This document shows, piece after piece, positions 1-9,323 of a stretch of DNA of 24,710 nt. This DNA is from Sedimenticolaceae bacterium (GTDB lineage Bacteria > Pseudomonadota > Gammaproteobacteria > Chromatiales > Chromatiaceae): the NCBI GenBank assembly GCA_050292235.1, contig JBNKLG010000037.1, positions 1 through 24,710 on the forward strand. Direction: 5' to 3'. Each line of letters opens with the position of its first letter. Position 1 is the first letter of the stretch. The position numbers and the translations under genes were made by a program. The notes beneath the pieces were generated by a model that saw nothing but the letters and a program-made list of their open reading frames with translations, did no database searches and was not told where the DNA came from.

Positions 1-363
1 AAAGGTGTGGCCGATCCAAAGCGCCTTGACGGCAAACCTGAATACAGCCTCTATCTCCAACAGAACGGCGCCGGTGATGAATTTCGGACCAACCGCGAAA
101 TCGTGCGGAAATTCTTTACCGGCCAGGGTCTCCTGAGGCCAGAACAGCTTGCGGGGATGCAAAAGGAGATCACCCGGTTGCTATGGCCTTCCGAAGAGCG
201 GGCCATGACACTCAACAAGGCCTACCGGGCAATCGTCAAACAACAAAGTTTCATTCTGGGGAGAGATGCCACCGTGACCCCGCCAGACAATGTACACAAA
301 AAACTGGACCGGGCACAAACAACCGGTATTTCGGAACCGGTGGTGGCTGAGAAGTTGTTGTGA
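1..363 (+). CDS. hypothetical protein, 5'-truncated at window edge
   Basis: Open frame runs from base 1 (no stop before the GTG at 7) to TGA at 361-363. Codon usage resembles neighbours. Convergent with nifA. No recognisable domain. Confidence 0.4.
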   Translation, partial: KGVADPKRLDGKPEYSLYLQQNGAGDEFRTNREIVRKFFTGQGLLRPEQLAGMQKEITRLLWPSEERAMTLNKAYRAIVKQQSFILGRDATVTPPDNVHKKLDRAQTTGISEPVVAEKLL

Positions 364-471
364 ACGATGCCAACACCATCATGTGGGAAGCTTCACGGCT
401 TCCGTTCAGAGCTGTCATTTTCCACGCCCTATGGCAGCACCTCCCTGTGCTGTGGGCAATGCCAAAAAAAC

Positions 472-2022
472 CTAAATCTGCCTCATCTTAATATTCAGCG
501 TCTGAATCCGATAGCCAATCTGTCTTGGGGTCATGCCCAGCAGCCGGGCAGCTTTGGCCTGAACCCAGCCCGCCTGTTCCAGGGCTGCGATGACGCGATC
601 GCGTTCGTCCAGTTCGGGGTCATCGAAGTCAACTTTGCTGCTGGAGCCACTATTACCACCAGCCAGACTCACACTGGGGTTGACGGAGGTGTCGATACCA
701 GTGAGGTGGATGGCCTGGCGGTTGATATGGCCCTCTTCGCTCATGACGGCGGCACGCTCCAGGCAGTTTTCCAGTTCGCGCACGTTGCCGGGCCAGTCAT
801 AGCGCATCAGTTGGCTGAGGGCACCGTCGTCGATATCCAGGGGACGACCCTGGTTTTTGCCGATCTTTGCGACCAGAAAACGGGCCAGCTCCGGAATGTC
901 CTCCGCCCGTTCGCGCAGGGGCGGGGTGTTGATGGGCATGACGTTCAGGCGGTAGTAGAGATCTTCGCGAAAGCGGTTTTCCTGTACTTCTGTCTCCAGA
1001 TTTTTATTGGTGGCGGCAACCACGCGCACATCGACCTTATGGGTTTTGGCACCACCGACCCGTTCGAACTCGCCCTCTTGCAGCACGCGCAACAGCTTGG
1101 CCTGGAAGGCGGCAGTGATTTCGCCGATTTCGTCCAGAAAGATGGTGCCACCGTCGGCCTGTTCGAAGCGACCTTTGCGCTGCGCCACGGCACCGGTGAA
1201 GGCGCCCTTTTCATGACCAAAGAGTTCCGACTCCAGCAGGTTGTCGGGCAGGGCCGCGCAGTTGAGTTTGACGAAAGGACCGTTGGCGCGAGGTGAGTTG
1301 TAGTGGATAGCGTTGGCAATCAGCTCTTTACCCGTGCCGGATTCGCCGCGAATCAGAACGGTGGTGTTCCATTTGGCCACCTGGCGGATCTGGTCAAAGA
1401 TGAGGCGCATGGAGCGGGCATGGCCGACCATGTTGGAGAAGCCGTGTTCACCGCGCATCTTGCGCCGCAGGGAGTCGCGCTCGGTTTTGAGAGCCTGGGT
1501 ATCGTCCTCGACCTTGCGCGCCAGGCGCACGCTCTGGCCCACCAGGTTGGCCACCATTTGCAGCAGGTGTTCGTAGCTGTCCAGGGCACCGACTTCAGCC
1601 ATGGGCTGTACCGCCAGCACCCCGGCAATCTCTTTGCCAATGGGGATGGGCACACCGATGAAGGGTAGCTCCAGGTTGTAGAGACCGAGGCGGTCGAGAA
1701 AGAGATCTTCGTCCAGCAGGCGCGGGATGATCTGGGATTCTCCCCGTTCCAGGATGGTGCCGACGATGCCTTCGCCCGAGCGATAGCGCACGGATTTGAT
1801 CGGCTCGGAGTTCTCGTCGTGCAGGGCAGCCACCAGCAGGTCGCCGCTTTTGGCGTCGATAAGGCAGATCATGCCCAGGTCCATGTTGCCGACTTCGTGT
1901 AAGACCTTGAGCACCTCGCTCAGGGTCTCTCGAAAATCCAGAGATTGGCTCAAGACCCGGCTGACCCGGTAGAGGGTCTCCAGTTGCATGGCCATCACGG
2001 CTTCGTAGGTGATTGGTGTCAT
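472..2022 (-). CDS. nifA: nif-specific sigma54-dependent transcriptional activator NifA (GAF - AAA+ sigma54-interaction - HTH)
   Basis: 516 aa. N-terminal [11 protein letters not shown] Walker A and GAFTGA motif. [16 protein letters not shown]-terminal HTH ...[33 protein letters not shown], nearly identical to A. vinelandii NifA. No CxxxxC interdomain motif (gamma type, NifL-controlled). 14 nt downstream of the nifL stop. Confidence 0.93.
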   Translation of the reverse strand: MTPITYEAVMAMQLETLYRVSRVLSQSLDFRETLSEVLKVLHEVGNMDLGMICLIDAKSGDLLVAALHDENSEPIKSVRYRSGEGIVGTILERGESQIIPRLLDEDLFLDRLGLYNLELPFIGVPIPIGKEIAGVLAVQPMAEVGALDSYEHLLQMVANLVGQSVRLARKVEDDTQALKTERDSLRRKMRGEHGFSNMVGHARSMRLIFDQIRQVAKWNTTVLIRGESGTGKELIANAIHYNSPRANGPFVKLNCAALPDNLLESELFGHEKGAFTGAVAQRKGRFEQADGGTIFLDEIGEITAAFQAKLLRVLQEGEFERVGGAKTHKVDVRVVAATNKNLETEVQENRFREDLYYRLNVMPINTPPLRERAEDIPELARFLVAKIGKNQGRPLDIDDGALSQLMRYDWPGNVRELENCLERAAVMSEEGHINRQAIHLTGIDTSVNPSVSLAGGNSGSSSKVDFDDPELDERDRVIAALEQAGWVQAKAARLLGMTPRQIGYRIQTLNIKMRQI

Positions 2023-2036
2023 AGCGTTATCTTTAA

Positions 2037-3674
2037 TTAGGCAATGTCGTTATCCCGGCCCTTGACCGGAAGACGGATCAACAGGCGGCAGCCGCCCAAG
2101 TATTCAGGATCGATCTCAATGCTGCCCCTGTGGCTGATAGCCACTTCCTGGGCCATGGTCAGCCCCATGCCGGAGTGACCGCGGGGATGAGCCCAGCCGC
2201 AGAAGAAGGGTTCGAAGATCTTCAATCGATAGGCCGAAGGCACCCCAGGGCCGTTATCGGTCAGTTCCAGCACCAACTCGCGCTCATCCAGTTGCATATC
2301 GAAGCTGATCAGCCGATGGTTGCCGCCCCCCTCGCGCAGGGCCTCAATGGCGTTGTCGATCAGATACTTGAACATGCCGCGCAGGGCATTGGGCCGGCCG
2401 GTCATGGCCGGGATAGCCGGAAGTGGGCGCCAATCGACCACGACCCCGCTGGCCAGCAGGCTCTCCTGGGAGAGGGTGATCACCTCGTGCAGGATCTCGT
2501 TGAGATGAATGAGGGCCGATGGCTCGTAGGTGGGGCTTGGCAGCGCATCGCTCAGGGTATCGATGGCCTCGTCACCGCTCTCGATGGCCTGGTGCAGGGC
2601 CGCGCTCAGGCGTTTCTCGTCGCCACCGGGTACAGCCAGGGCGGCGCGGATGACATTGAGGGGGGCCTGGAGTTTGAACAGGGCGGCAGAGATGGACTCG
2701 CGCATGCTCTGCACCATCTGCTGCTCAACCATGCCAGCCCGGATCAGGTTCATCCGTGCCTCAGTCTCCCGTTTGCGGGTCCGGGTCACTTCATTGGCCA
2801 CCAACAGCAGGCAGCAGCGCATCTCACCATCGGACTGAAAATAGTGGCTGGCGGCCTGATCCAGCTCGGCCACCCGCACGCCGGAACAGGAGAACCAGCG
2901 GGCGGGACGATTACCCGGTGGATCGAGCCGCACCTCCAGATTATCGAACCCCTGGTCGGCCTGACAGAGGCTGTCCAGTTCGAAATCCAGTTGCTCCTTG
3001 AGGGCGTCCAACAGCAGTTGGGCCGGTTCCTGGCCCTTGAAATCCCCCAGCAGCGCCTTGTAGGCGTGGTTGTCCATGAGAATTTTTTGATTGGCATCCA
3101 GCAGCGCAATCACCATGGGCACCGCATCCAGAGTGGCCTCGGTCAGCTCCCGCTGGTATTTGAGCCGCTGTTGCAGGGCGTGCATCTCGCTGATATCGCG
3201 GTGCATGCCCAGGTAGTGGGTGATGTCCTCGGCACCATCCAGCACAGGAGCGATGCTGAGTTCGGCCAGATATTCGCTTTTGTCGCGCCGATGGTTGACC
3301 AGAGTGCCGCGCCAGACCCGCTTTTGGCTGATGCTCGACCAGAGATCCTGATAAACCGTATCGGGCGTGGAGTGGCTGGAAAGGATGGATTCGTTCTCGC
3401 CAATCACCCGTTGGCGCTCGTAGCCGGTCAGGGTCTCGAAGGACTTGTTGACATAGAGGATGCCAGCCTTGGGATCGGTGATGGAGATGGCCACCGGAGC
3501 CTGTTCCACCGCCTCCATGAAGAGTCTCGGTGGCAAATCCACCGAACCCAGCATCTGGAACATCTCGATCACCTCCGCCGGGGTATCCTGGGGTGGAGAT
3601 TCTAAAAAACGATGGATGGCGCTCGCCATCTCCGCCTGGGGGTCCTGTTTGAGGCTGGGCTCGGTTTTTTTCAA
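2037..3674 (-). CDS. nifL: nitrogen fixation regulatory flavoprotein NifL (PAS/FAD - PAS - GHKL ATPase-like)
   Basis: 545 aa. N-terminal PAS with [12 protein letters not shown]...GENESILSS motif, matching A. vinelandii NifL HAPIAISITD...GKNESILSN. C-terminal HATPase_c motifs ([25 protein letters not shown]). Sits immediately upstream of nifA in the same orientation. Start modelled as TTG at 3674 with GAGGA SD; the first in-frame ATG is 15 codons downstream. Confidence 0.88.
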   Translation of the reverse strand: MKKTEPSLKQDPQAEMASAIHRFLESPPQDTPAEVIEMFQMLGSVDLPPRLFMEAVEQAPVAISITDPKAGILYVNKSFETLTGYERQRVIGENESILSSHSTPDTVYQDLWSSISQKRVWRGTLVNHRRDKSEYLAELSIAPVLDGAEDITHYLGMHRDISEMHALQQRLKYQRELTEATLDAVPMVIALLDANQKILMDNHAYKALLGDFKGQEPAQLLLDALKEQLDFELDSLCQADQGFDNLEVRLDPPGNRPARWFSCSGVRVAELDQAASHYFQSDGEMRCCLLLVANEVTRTRKRETEARMNLIRAGMVEQQMVQSMRESISAALFKLQAPLNVIRAALAVPGGDEKRLSAALHQAIESGDEAIDTLSDALPSPTYEPSALIHLNEILHEVITLSQESLLASGVVVDWRPLPAIPAMTGRPNALRGMFKYLIDNAIEALREGGGNHRLISFDMQLDERELVLELTDNGPGVPSAYRLKIFEPFFCGWAHPRGHSGMGLTMAQEVAISHRGSIEIDPEYLGGCRLLIRLPVKGRDNDIA

Positions 3675-3707
3675 TGGGGTATCCTCATTGCTATCTTAGC
3701 CACGAAA

Positions 3708-3723
3708 GCAATTTCCAAGCCAC
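3708..3723 (-). promoter_or_regulatory. candidate sigma54 (-24/-12) promoter for nifLA
   Basis: Minus strand reads gTGGCTTggaaaTTGCTtt. This gives GG-N10-GC with the correct spacing and matches TGGCAC-N5-TTGCW. The predicted TSS is ~20-25 nt upstream of the nifL start and SD. Confidence 0.55.
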
Positions 3724-3785
3724 CGGTTGAAACAGAGAGATCGGCAGGCACCCAAGCCAGACTCATTATTCTTTACTCCAGAATT

Positions 3786-3801
3786 TGTCAGACATCCAAC
3801 A
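3786..3801. promoter_or_regulatory. TGT-N10-ACA motif (NifA upstream-activator-sequence-like)
   Basis: TGTcagacatccaACA sits ~170 bp upstream of the rnfA ATG. No canonical GG-N10-GC sigma54 element was found downstream on the + strand, so its function is uncertain. Confidence 0.25.
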
Positions 3802-3972
3802 AGCTACAGCCTAGCCGTTTGTTGCATCCATGACAAAGGAGAAATCTCACACCGCCCATATCCCCAGAGAACGTCAGGGAAATTGTTCTTTGAAGTCACG
3901 CACCTAGCCGAGCGCATCAGGTTCGACAGATTCCAGCATAGAAATTGGCACGTTTTCTGAGATAGGAGGGCC

Positions 3973-4548
3973 ATGGAATCCTTACTCATCATCCTCTCCA
4001 CCGCCCTGGTGAACAACGTGGTCCTGGTCAAGTTTCTTGGCCTCTGCCCCTTCATGGGTGTCTCCAACAAGCTGGACTCAGCGGTGGGCATGGGGCTGGC
4101 GACCACCTTTGTGCTGACCCTGGCCGCCTTCGCCAGCTGGTTGCTGGAGCACTTTGTCCTCATGCCCCTGAATCTGGGCTTTCTGCGCATCCTCACCTTC
4201 ATCCTGGTGATTGCGGTGGTGGTGCAGTTTACCGAGATGGTGATTCGCAAGACCTCCCCTGCCCTCTATCAGGTGCTGGGAATCTTTCTGCCCCTGATCA
4301 CCACCAACTGCGCGGTACTGGGGGTGGCCCTGCTCAATGTGCAGCAGGAGAACAGCCTGATCGAGAGCCTGCTCTATGGCTTTGGCTCCGCCCTGGGCTT
4401 CACCCTGGTATTGGTGATCTTTGCCGGTATGCGCGAACGCCTGGCCCTGGCCAATGTCCCTTCCGCTTTCAGCGGCGGCCCCATCGCCTTTGTGGCGGCA
4501 GGGCTGTTGGCCCTGGCCTTCATGGGCTTTGCCGGACTGACCACCTGA
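3973..4548 (+). CDS. rnfA: Rnf electron transport complex subunit A
   Basis: 191 aa polytopic membrane protein. [19 protein letters not shown] and [12 protein letters not shown] motifs match RsxA/RnfA. AGGAGGG SD 5 nt upstream. Confidence 0.95.
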   Translation: MESLLIILSTALVNNVVLVKFLGLCPFMGVSNKLDSAVGMGLATTFVLTLAAFASWLLEHFVLMPLNLGFLRILTFILVIAVVVQFTEMVIRKTSPALYQVLGIFLPLITTNCAVLGVALLNVQQENSLIESLLYGFGSALGFTLVLVIFAGMRERLALANVPSAFSGGPIAFVAAGLLALAFMGFAGLTT

Positions 4549-4564
4549 GGAGACAGAAACCAAG

Positions 4565-5098
4565 ATGATCGAAGCCATCCTCATTATCGCCCTGCTCGGC
4601 ACCGCCATGGGACTGGTGCTGGGCATCGCCGCCACCAAACTGGCGGTCGAGGGCAATCCCCTGCAAGAGGAGATCGAGGGGCTGCTGCCCGGCTCCCAAT
4701 GCGGCCAATGCGGCTATCCTGGCTGCGGCCCGGCAGCAGCGGCCATGGCATCGGGCGAGGCCCCGGTCACTCTCTGCCCCCCCGGTGGCAAGGCGCTGGC
4801 CGAGATCCTGGCGGAAAAACTGGGGGTCAGCATAGACCTCTCTGACATGGAGGAGAAGGCGCCTAGAATCGCCTTTGTGAATGAAAACCTCTGCATCGGC
4901 TGCACCAAATGTTTCAAGCGCTGCCCCACCGATGCCGTCATCGGCGGCCCGAAACAGATCCATGCGGTCATTGCCGATGCCTGCACCGGTTGTGAAAAGT
5001 GCTTCGATGTCTGTCCCACCGAATGTATTGAGATGCGCGAGATCAAACCGACCCTGCAAACCTGGTACTGGCCGCAACCGGCCCAGGTGGCCCTATGA
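4565..5098 (+). CDS. rnfB: Rnf complex subunit B (ferredoxin-like, 4Fe-4S)
   Basis: 177 aa. N-terminal TM helix, CGQCGYPGC cluster motif and two CxxCxxCxxxCP ferredoxin motifs. GAGGAG SD. Confidence 0.95.
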   Translation: MIEAILIIALLGTAMGLVLGIAATKLAVEGNPLQEEIEGLLPGSQCGQCGYPGCGPAAAAMASGEAPVTLCPPGGKALAEILAEKLGVSIDLSDMEEKAPRIAFVNENLCIGCTKCFKRCPTDAVIGGPKQIHAVIADACTGCEKCFDVCPTECIEMREIKPTLQTWYWPQPAQVAL

Positions 5099-6588
5099 GC
5101 GCATTGATCAAACTCTTTAAGATCCGTGGTGGCATCCACCCGGAGGATCGCAAATCTCTCTCCATCGACTGCCCCATCGAGACCCTGCCGATGCCGCCTC
5201 TGCTGCACATCCCGGTGCAGCAGCACATCGGCGCCCCGGCAGAGCCCCTGGTTCAGCGTGGCGATCTGGTGAAGAAGGGCCAACTGCTGGCCCGCAGTCA
5301 GGGCATGATCTCCGCTCCGGTTCACGCTCCCACCTCGGGTGTGATCAAAGGACTGGGTGGTTATCCGGCCCATCACCCCTCCGGGCTCTCGGTCAGAACC
5401 ATCACCCTGCAACCCGATGGCGAGGACGCCTGGATCGAGGGGCTGGCTCCCATGGCAGAGGGCGAGATCACCCCGGATAGCATCGCCCAGCGCGTCGGCG
5501 AATGCGGCATCGTCGGCATGGGCGGGGCCACCTTCCCCTCGGCGGTCAAACTCAACCTGCGTAACCGTTACTCGCTGAACACCCTGGTCATCAACGGGGC
5601 CGAGTGCGAACCCTACCTCACCTGCGACGATCGACTGATGCGCGAGCAACCTGCCGAGATGATCGATGGCATTCGTCTCATGGCCCAGGCTCTGGGGGTC
5701 GAACGCATTCTGATCGGCATCGAGAACAACAAGCCCGAGGCCCAGAAGGCCCTGGCCGAGGCCGCCGCCAACTGGGATCAGATCCAGGTGGTCGGCCTGC
5801 CCATGCGCTATCCCATGGGGTCGGAAAAACATCTGGTGCAGACCTTGACCGGCCAGGAGACCCCGGCCCGCGGCCTCACCGCCGATATCGGCGTGGTGGT
5901 GCATAACGTCGCTACCGCCCTGGCGGTGCATGATGCCGTGCGTCATGGCCATCCCTTGACCTCTCGGGTCGTCACCGTCAGCGGTGGTGCCATCAGCAAA
6001 CCCGCCAACCTGCGGGTTCTGGTCGGTACGCCCCTCTCTGCGCTGGTGGACCACTGTGGTGGTTTCAGCCAGGAACCGACCAAGCTGGTCAGCGGCGGCC
6101 CCATGATGGGACAGCCCCTGCCCAACACCAAGGTGCCGGTCATCAAGGGCAGCAGTGGCCTCTTGGCCCTGACCGCCGAGGAGGTACAGGCTGGCCCCGA
6201 GATGCCCTGTATCCGCTGTGCCAGTTGTGTCCAGGCCTGCCCCTGTGGCCTGGTGCCGCTGGAGATGTCGGCCCAGATTCGGGCGGGCAATCTGGATAAC
6301 TCGGTCAAGATCGGGCTCATGGACTGCATCGCCTGTGGCTCCTGCGCCTATGTCTGTCCAGCCCATATCCCCCTGGTGCAGTTCTTTAATTATGCCAAGG
6401 GCGAACTGGCCTCGCGCCAGCGGGCGCAACACAAACAGGGCGAGACCAAACGTCTGGCCGAGGCCCGTACCGAACGCATGGAGGCAATCAAGAAGGCCAA
6501 ACGCGAGGCCATGGCCAAGCGCAAACAGGAGATGGCCGAGAAGAAACAGAAAGAGGCGGAAGCCAAAGCCGCCGAGGTGGACGCATGA
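5095..6588 (+). CDS. rnfC: Rnf complex subunit C (NADH-binding, 4Fe-4S), with Lys/Glu/Ala-rich C-terminal tail
   Basis: 497 aa. GAGGATFPS and [16 protein letters not shown] motifs. Two C-terminal CxxCxxCxxxCP motifs. ATGA overlap with the rnfB stop. Confidence 0.95.
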   Translation: MSALIKLFKIRGGIHPEDRKSLSIDCPIETLPMPPLLHIPVQQHIGAPAEPLVQRGDLVKKGQLLARSQGMISAPVHAPTSGVIKGLGGYPAHHPSGLSVRTITLQPDGEDAWIEGLAPMAEGEITPDSIAQRVGECGIVGMGGATFPSAVKLNLRNRYSLNTLVINGAECEPYLTCDDRLMREQPAEMIDGIRLMAQALGVERILIGIENNKPEAQKALAEAAANWDQIQVVGLPMRYPMGSEKHLVQTLTGQETPARGLTADIGVVVHNVATALAVHDAVRHGHPLTSRVVTVSGGAISKPANLRVLVGTPLSALVDHCGGFSQEPTKLVSGGPMMGQPLPNTKVPVIKGSSGLLALTAEEVQAGPEMPCIRCASCVQACPCGLVPLEMSAQIRAGNLDNSVKIGLMDCIACGSCAYVCPAHIPLVQFFNYAKGELASRQRAQHKQGETKRLAEARTERMEAIKKAKREAMAKRKQEMAEKKQKEAEAKAAEVDA

Positions 6589-7673
6589 ACAGACCGCCCC
6601 TGATCGCCGGGCCCTTTGCCCACGCCAACACCAGCATCAGCCGCACCATGGGGCTGGTGTTGCTGGCCCTGGTGCCCGCTACCCTCTACAGCTTCTATCT
6701 GTTTGGCTGGCCGGGGATTCATCTCTTTATCATCACTGTGGGTGCCGCCCTGATCCTGGAGGCGCTGGCCCTGCGCCTCTCCGGCAAGCCCGTCACCCCC
6801 TATCTGATGGACGGCTCCGCCCTGCTCAGCGGCTGGCTGCTGGCCATGACCCTGCCCCCCTGGGCACCCTGGTGGATCGGCGTGGTCGGTGCCTTCCTCG
6901 CCATCATCATCGGCAAGCAGGTGTTTGGTGGCCTCGGTCAGAACCTGTTCAACCCCGCCATGGTGGCGCGGGTCGCCCTGCTGATCTCCTTCCCCCTGGA
7001 GATGACCAGCTTCACCACGCCAGCCCCCCTGCTCTCCAGTCAGGCACCGAGCTGGTGGGAAGGGCTACAGATCACCCTGGGGCTGGCTGCTCCTATGGAT
7101 GCCCTGAGCGGCGCTACGCCTCTGGGTCATATCAAGACCGAACTGGGTCAGGGGCTGGATCTGAGCCACGCCCTCTCCAGCCAGCCAGATCTGTTACACC
7201 TGGGGCTGGGCCAGATGGGCGGCAGCCTGGGCGAGACCTCGGCGCTCTTCATCCTGCTGGGCGGTCTATTCCTGCTCTATAAAAGGATCATCAGCTGGCA
7301 CATCCCTGTCTCCATGTTGCTGACCCTGGGTCTGATGGCGGGCATCTTCCATCTGATCGATCCCGAGCACTACCTCGGCCCCCTGGTGCACCTGACCTCG
7401 GGCGCGGCCATCCTGGGTGCCTTCTTCATCGCCACCGATCTGGTCACCTCCCCCACCTCGCCCCAAGGGCAGATCGTCTTTGGCGCGGGCTGCGGGCTGC
7501 TGGTCTATGTGATTCGCACCTGGGCGGGCTATCCCGAGGGCGTGGCCTTTGCGGTCATGTTCATGAACGCCTGCACCCCCCTCATCGACCACTATCTGAA
7601 ACCCCGGATCTATGGCCGCAACCGCAAGGGCTCGCCCCTGAACGTCGACAAAGAGGGGGAGGCCAGCGCATGA
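6585..7673 (+). CDS. rnfD: Rnf complex subunit D (FMN-binding membrane subunit, NqrB-like)
   Basis: 362 aa polytopic. SGATPL motif (covalent FMN Thr). ATGA overlap with the rnfC stop. Confidence 0.95.
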   Translation: MNRPPLIAGPFAHANTSISRTMGLVLLALVPATLYSFYLFGWPGIHLFIITVGAALILEALALRLSGKPVTPYLMDGSALLSGWLLAMTLPPWAPWWIGVVGAFLAIIIGKQVFGGLGQNLFNPAMVARVALLISFPLEMTSFTTPAPLLSSQAPSWWEGLQITLGLAAPMDALSGATPLGHIKTELGQGLDLSHALSSQPDLLHLGLGQMGGSLGETSALFILLGGLFLLYKRIISWHIPVSMLLTLGLMAGIFHLIDPEHYLGPLVHLTSGAAILGAFFIATDLVTSPTSPQGQIVFGAGCGLLVYVIRTWAGYPEGVAFAVMFMNACTPLIDHYLKPRIYGRNRKGSPLNVDKEGEASA

Positions 7674-8317
7674 CCACGCCCACGGAACCGGCCTATCGCA
7701 AACGGGTTGGCTATCAGGCTGCCCTGCTGGGGGGCTTTGCCACCATGGCCGCCGCCCTGCTGGTGGGGGGCAACATCGCCACCCAGGATGCCATCGCCGA
7801 ACGCCAGCGGGAGGATCTGCTCGCCTCGCTGAGTCAGGTGATTCCCAGCGATCGCTACGACAACGACCTGGTGGCCAAGCCACTGGAGATCAAAGACGAT
7901 CAGGGCAAGAGTACGATCATCTACCGCGGCACCAAAGGCTCGCAAGTCAGTGCTCTGGCCTGGGAAATCGTCGGTCAGGGCTATGCCGGTGATATCCGTC
8001 TGCTCATCGGCATGGACGAGAGCGGCAAGATCAGCGGGGTTCGCGTCCTGGCCCATGCCGAAACACCGGGGCTGGGGGACAAGATCGAGCTGGCCAAAAG
8101 CGACTGGATTCTGGGCTTCAACGGCCTGTCGCTGGGCAAGCCCCCGGCGGAGAAATGGGCGGTGAAAAAGGATGGCGGTCAGTTCGACGCCTTTTCCGGC
8201 GCCACCATCACCCCCAGAGGGGTAGTCAAGGCCATCAAAAGCGGGCTGAATTTTTATGCCGAGCACAAGACCCAGTTGCTGGATCCGCCAACACTCATCA
8301 CCGAGGAGACCAAATAG
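7670..8317 (+). CDS. rnfG: Rnf complex subunit G (periplasmic FMN-binding, NqrC-like)
   Basis: 215 aa. Single N-terminal TM helix. SGATITPRG FMN-attachment motif. ATGA overlap with the rnfD stop. Confidence 0.92.
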   Translation: MTTPTEPAYRKRVGYQAALLGGFATMAAALLVGGNIATQDAIAERQREDLLASLSQVIPSDRYDNDLVAKPLEIKDDQGKSTIIYRGTKGSQVSALAWEIVGQGYAGDIRLLIGMDESGKISGVRVLAHAETPGLGDKIELAKSDWILGFNGLSLGKPPAEKWAVKKDGGQFDAFSGATITPRGVVKAIKSGLNFYAEHKTQLLDPPTLITEETK

Positions 8318-9003
8318 TGTCCATCGATTTCAAAGGCATCAGCAAGGACGGTCTCTGGCACAACAACATCGTCTTTGCCCAGGCCCTGGCCCTCTGCCCT
8401 CTGCTGGCCGTGACCAGCACCGCCACTAATGGCCTGGGCATGGGGTTGGCCACCACGGTGGTTTTGGCCAGCTCCGGGTTGTTCATTTCCCTGTTTCGGG
8501 GTCTCATCACCCCACAGGTGCGTATTCCGGTGTTCGTGCTCATCATCGCCGTACTGGTCACCCTGGTGGATCTGGCCATGAACGCCTGGCTGCATGGTCT
8601 GCACAAGGTTCTGGGGCTGTTTATTCCCCTGATCGTCACCAACTGCGCCATCCTCGGCCGGGCGGAGTCCTTCGCCTCGCGCAACCAGATCCTGCCTGCC
8701 ATCTTCGACGGCCTCATGATGGGGCTGGGTTTTACCCTGTCGCTGGTGATCCTGGGGCTGGTGCGGGAGTTGCTGGGTAGCGGCACCCTGTTCGCCAATG
8801 CCGCCCTGTTGCTGGGCGATTGGGCCTCGTTCATGGAGCTGAAGATCATCCCCGAATACCGTGGCTTCCTGCTGGCCATCCTGCCACCGGGAGGCTTCAT
8901 TTTGCTGGGCTTTCTGATGGCGGGCAAACGCCTGCTCGATCGCGCCCAGGCCCGCAAGGCCGCCGCCCTACCTGCCGAGACCAGTGCCGAGGTAGCTTTA
9001 TGA
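8317..9003 (+). CDS. rnfE: Rnf complex subunit E (NqrD-like)
   Basis: In-frame GTG at 8317 shares its G with the rnfG TAG stop, so I prefer it over the far-upstream ORF-track start. LALCPLLAVTST...IPLIVTNCAILG motifs. ~228 aa, similar to RsxE length. Confidence 0.88.
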   Translation: MSIDFKGISKDGLWHNNIVFAQALALCPLLAVTSTATNGLGMGLATTVVLASSGLFISLFRGLITPQVRIPVFVLIIAVLVTLVDLAMNAWLHGLHKVLGLFIPLIVTNCAILGRAESFASRNQILPAIFDGLMMGLGFTLSLVILGLVRELLGSGTLFANAALLLGDWASFMELKIIPEYRGFLLAILPPGGFILLGFLMAGKRLLDRAQARKAAALPAETSAEVAL

Positions 9004-9269
9004 ACGTCGGAGTCGCCTACGCCAACAAACTCAAACAGGTCTGGCTCAAACTGGAGGTGCCGGACGGTGCCAGCGTGCAAGAGGCCATTGAGCATTCCGG
9101 CATCCTCAAACAGTTCCCGGAGATCGATCTGGAGGAACAGAAGGTGGGCATCTTCGGCAAGGTGACCAAGCTCAGCACCACCGTCAAAGAGGGGGATCGG
9201 GTCGAGATCTACCGGCCAATTACGGCAGATCCAGAGTTGGTTGAGCGCAGGGATATGGAAGAGGACTGA
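9000..9269 (+). CDS. rnfH: RnfH family protein (ubiquitin-like fold, UPF0125)
   Basis: 89 aa. ATG at 9000 overlaps the rnfE TGA (ATGA). Last gene of the rnfABCDGEH arrangement known from A. vinelandii and Rhodobacter. Sequence MNVGVAYA...VEIYRPITADP. Confidence 0.8.
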   Translation: MNVGVAYANKLKQVWLKLEVPDGASVQEAIEHSGILKQFPEIDLEEQKVGIFGKVTKLSTTVKEGDRVEIYRPITADPELVERRDMEED

Positions 9270-9275
9270 AAAAAA

Positions 9276-9304
9276 CCCCTGGGGCCAGAGCGGAACCCCA
9301 GGGG
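9276..9304. terminator. bidirectional intrinsic terminator hairpin between rnfH and the convergent chemoreceptor gene
   Basis: Perfect 9-bp inverted repeat CCCCTGGGG / CCCCAGGGG with an 11-nt loop. Flanked by AAAAAAA on + (9269-9275), which is a U7 run on the minus-strand transcript. Lies 20 nt downstream of the MCP stop and right at the rnfH stop. Confidence 0.6.
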
Positions 9305-9323
9305 AAAGCTGCCAATCAAGCAG

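Noticed and set aside
2130-3605. 491-aa ORF on + strand antisense to nifL. Similar long antisense ORFs: 367-1296(+), 4714-6432(-), 6218-7282(+), 7266-8266(-), 10173-11027(+), 14004-14717(-), 15286-16641(-), 23027-24169(+).
   Set aside because: Each lies entirely inside a well-supported, homology-confirmed gene on the opposite strand. Their translations are low-complexity and Ala/Gly/Arg/Pro-rich with no motifs. They are typical stop-codon-poor antisense frames of high-GC DNA.
3905-3922. cGCACCtagccgaGCGCAt, resembling an NtrC half-site pair upstream of the nifL sigma54 promoter
   Set aside because: The half-site spacing is off by one relative to TGCACCA-N3-TGGTGCA, and one half has a mismatch. 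It is too weak to call without a PWM scan.
3946-3951. TGGCAC hexamer (sigma54 -24-like) 22 bp upstream of the rnfA ATG
   Set aside because: There is no GC at the -12 position (the downstream sequence is gttttctga), and the predicted TSS would fall inside or after the SD. This is most likely chance.
8155-8316. Upstream extension of rnfE (ORF-track start 8155) overlapping rnfG
   Set aside because: The extension is out of family (His/Arg-rich) and overlaps rnfG by 160 nt. The GTG at 8317, coupled to the rnfG stop, gives the canonical ~228-aa RnfE.
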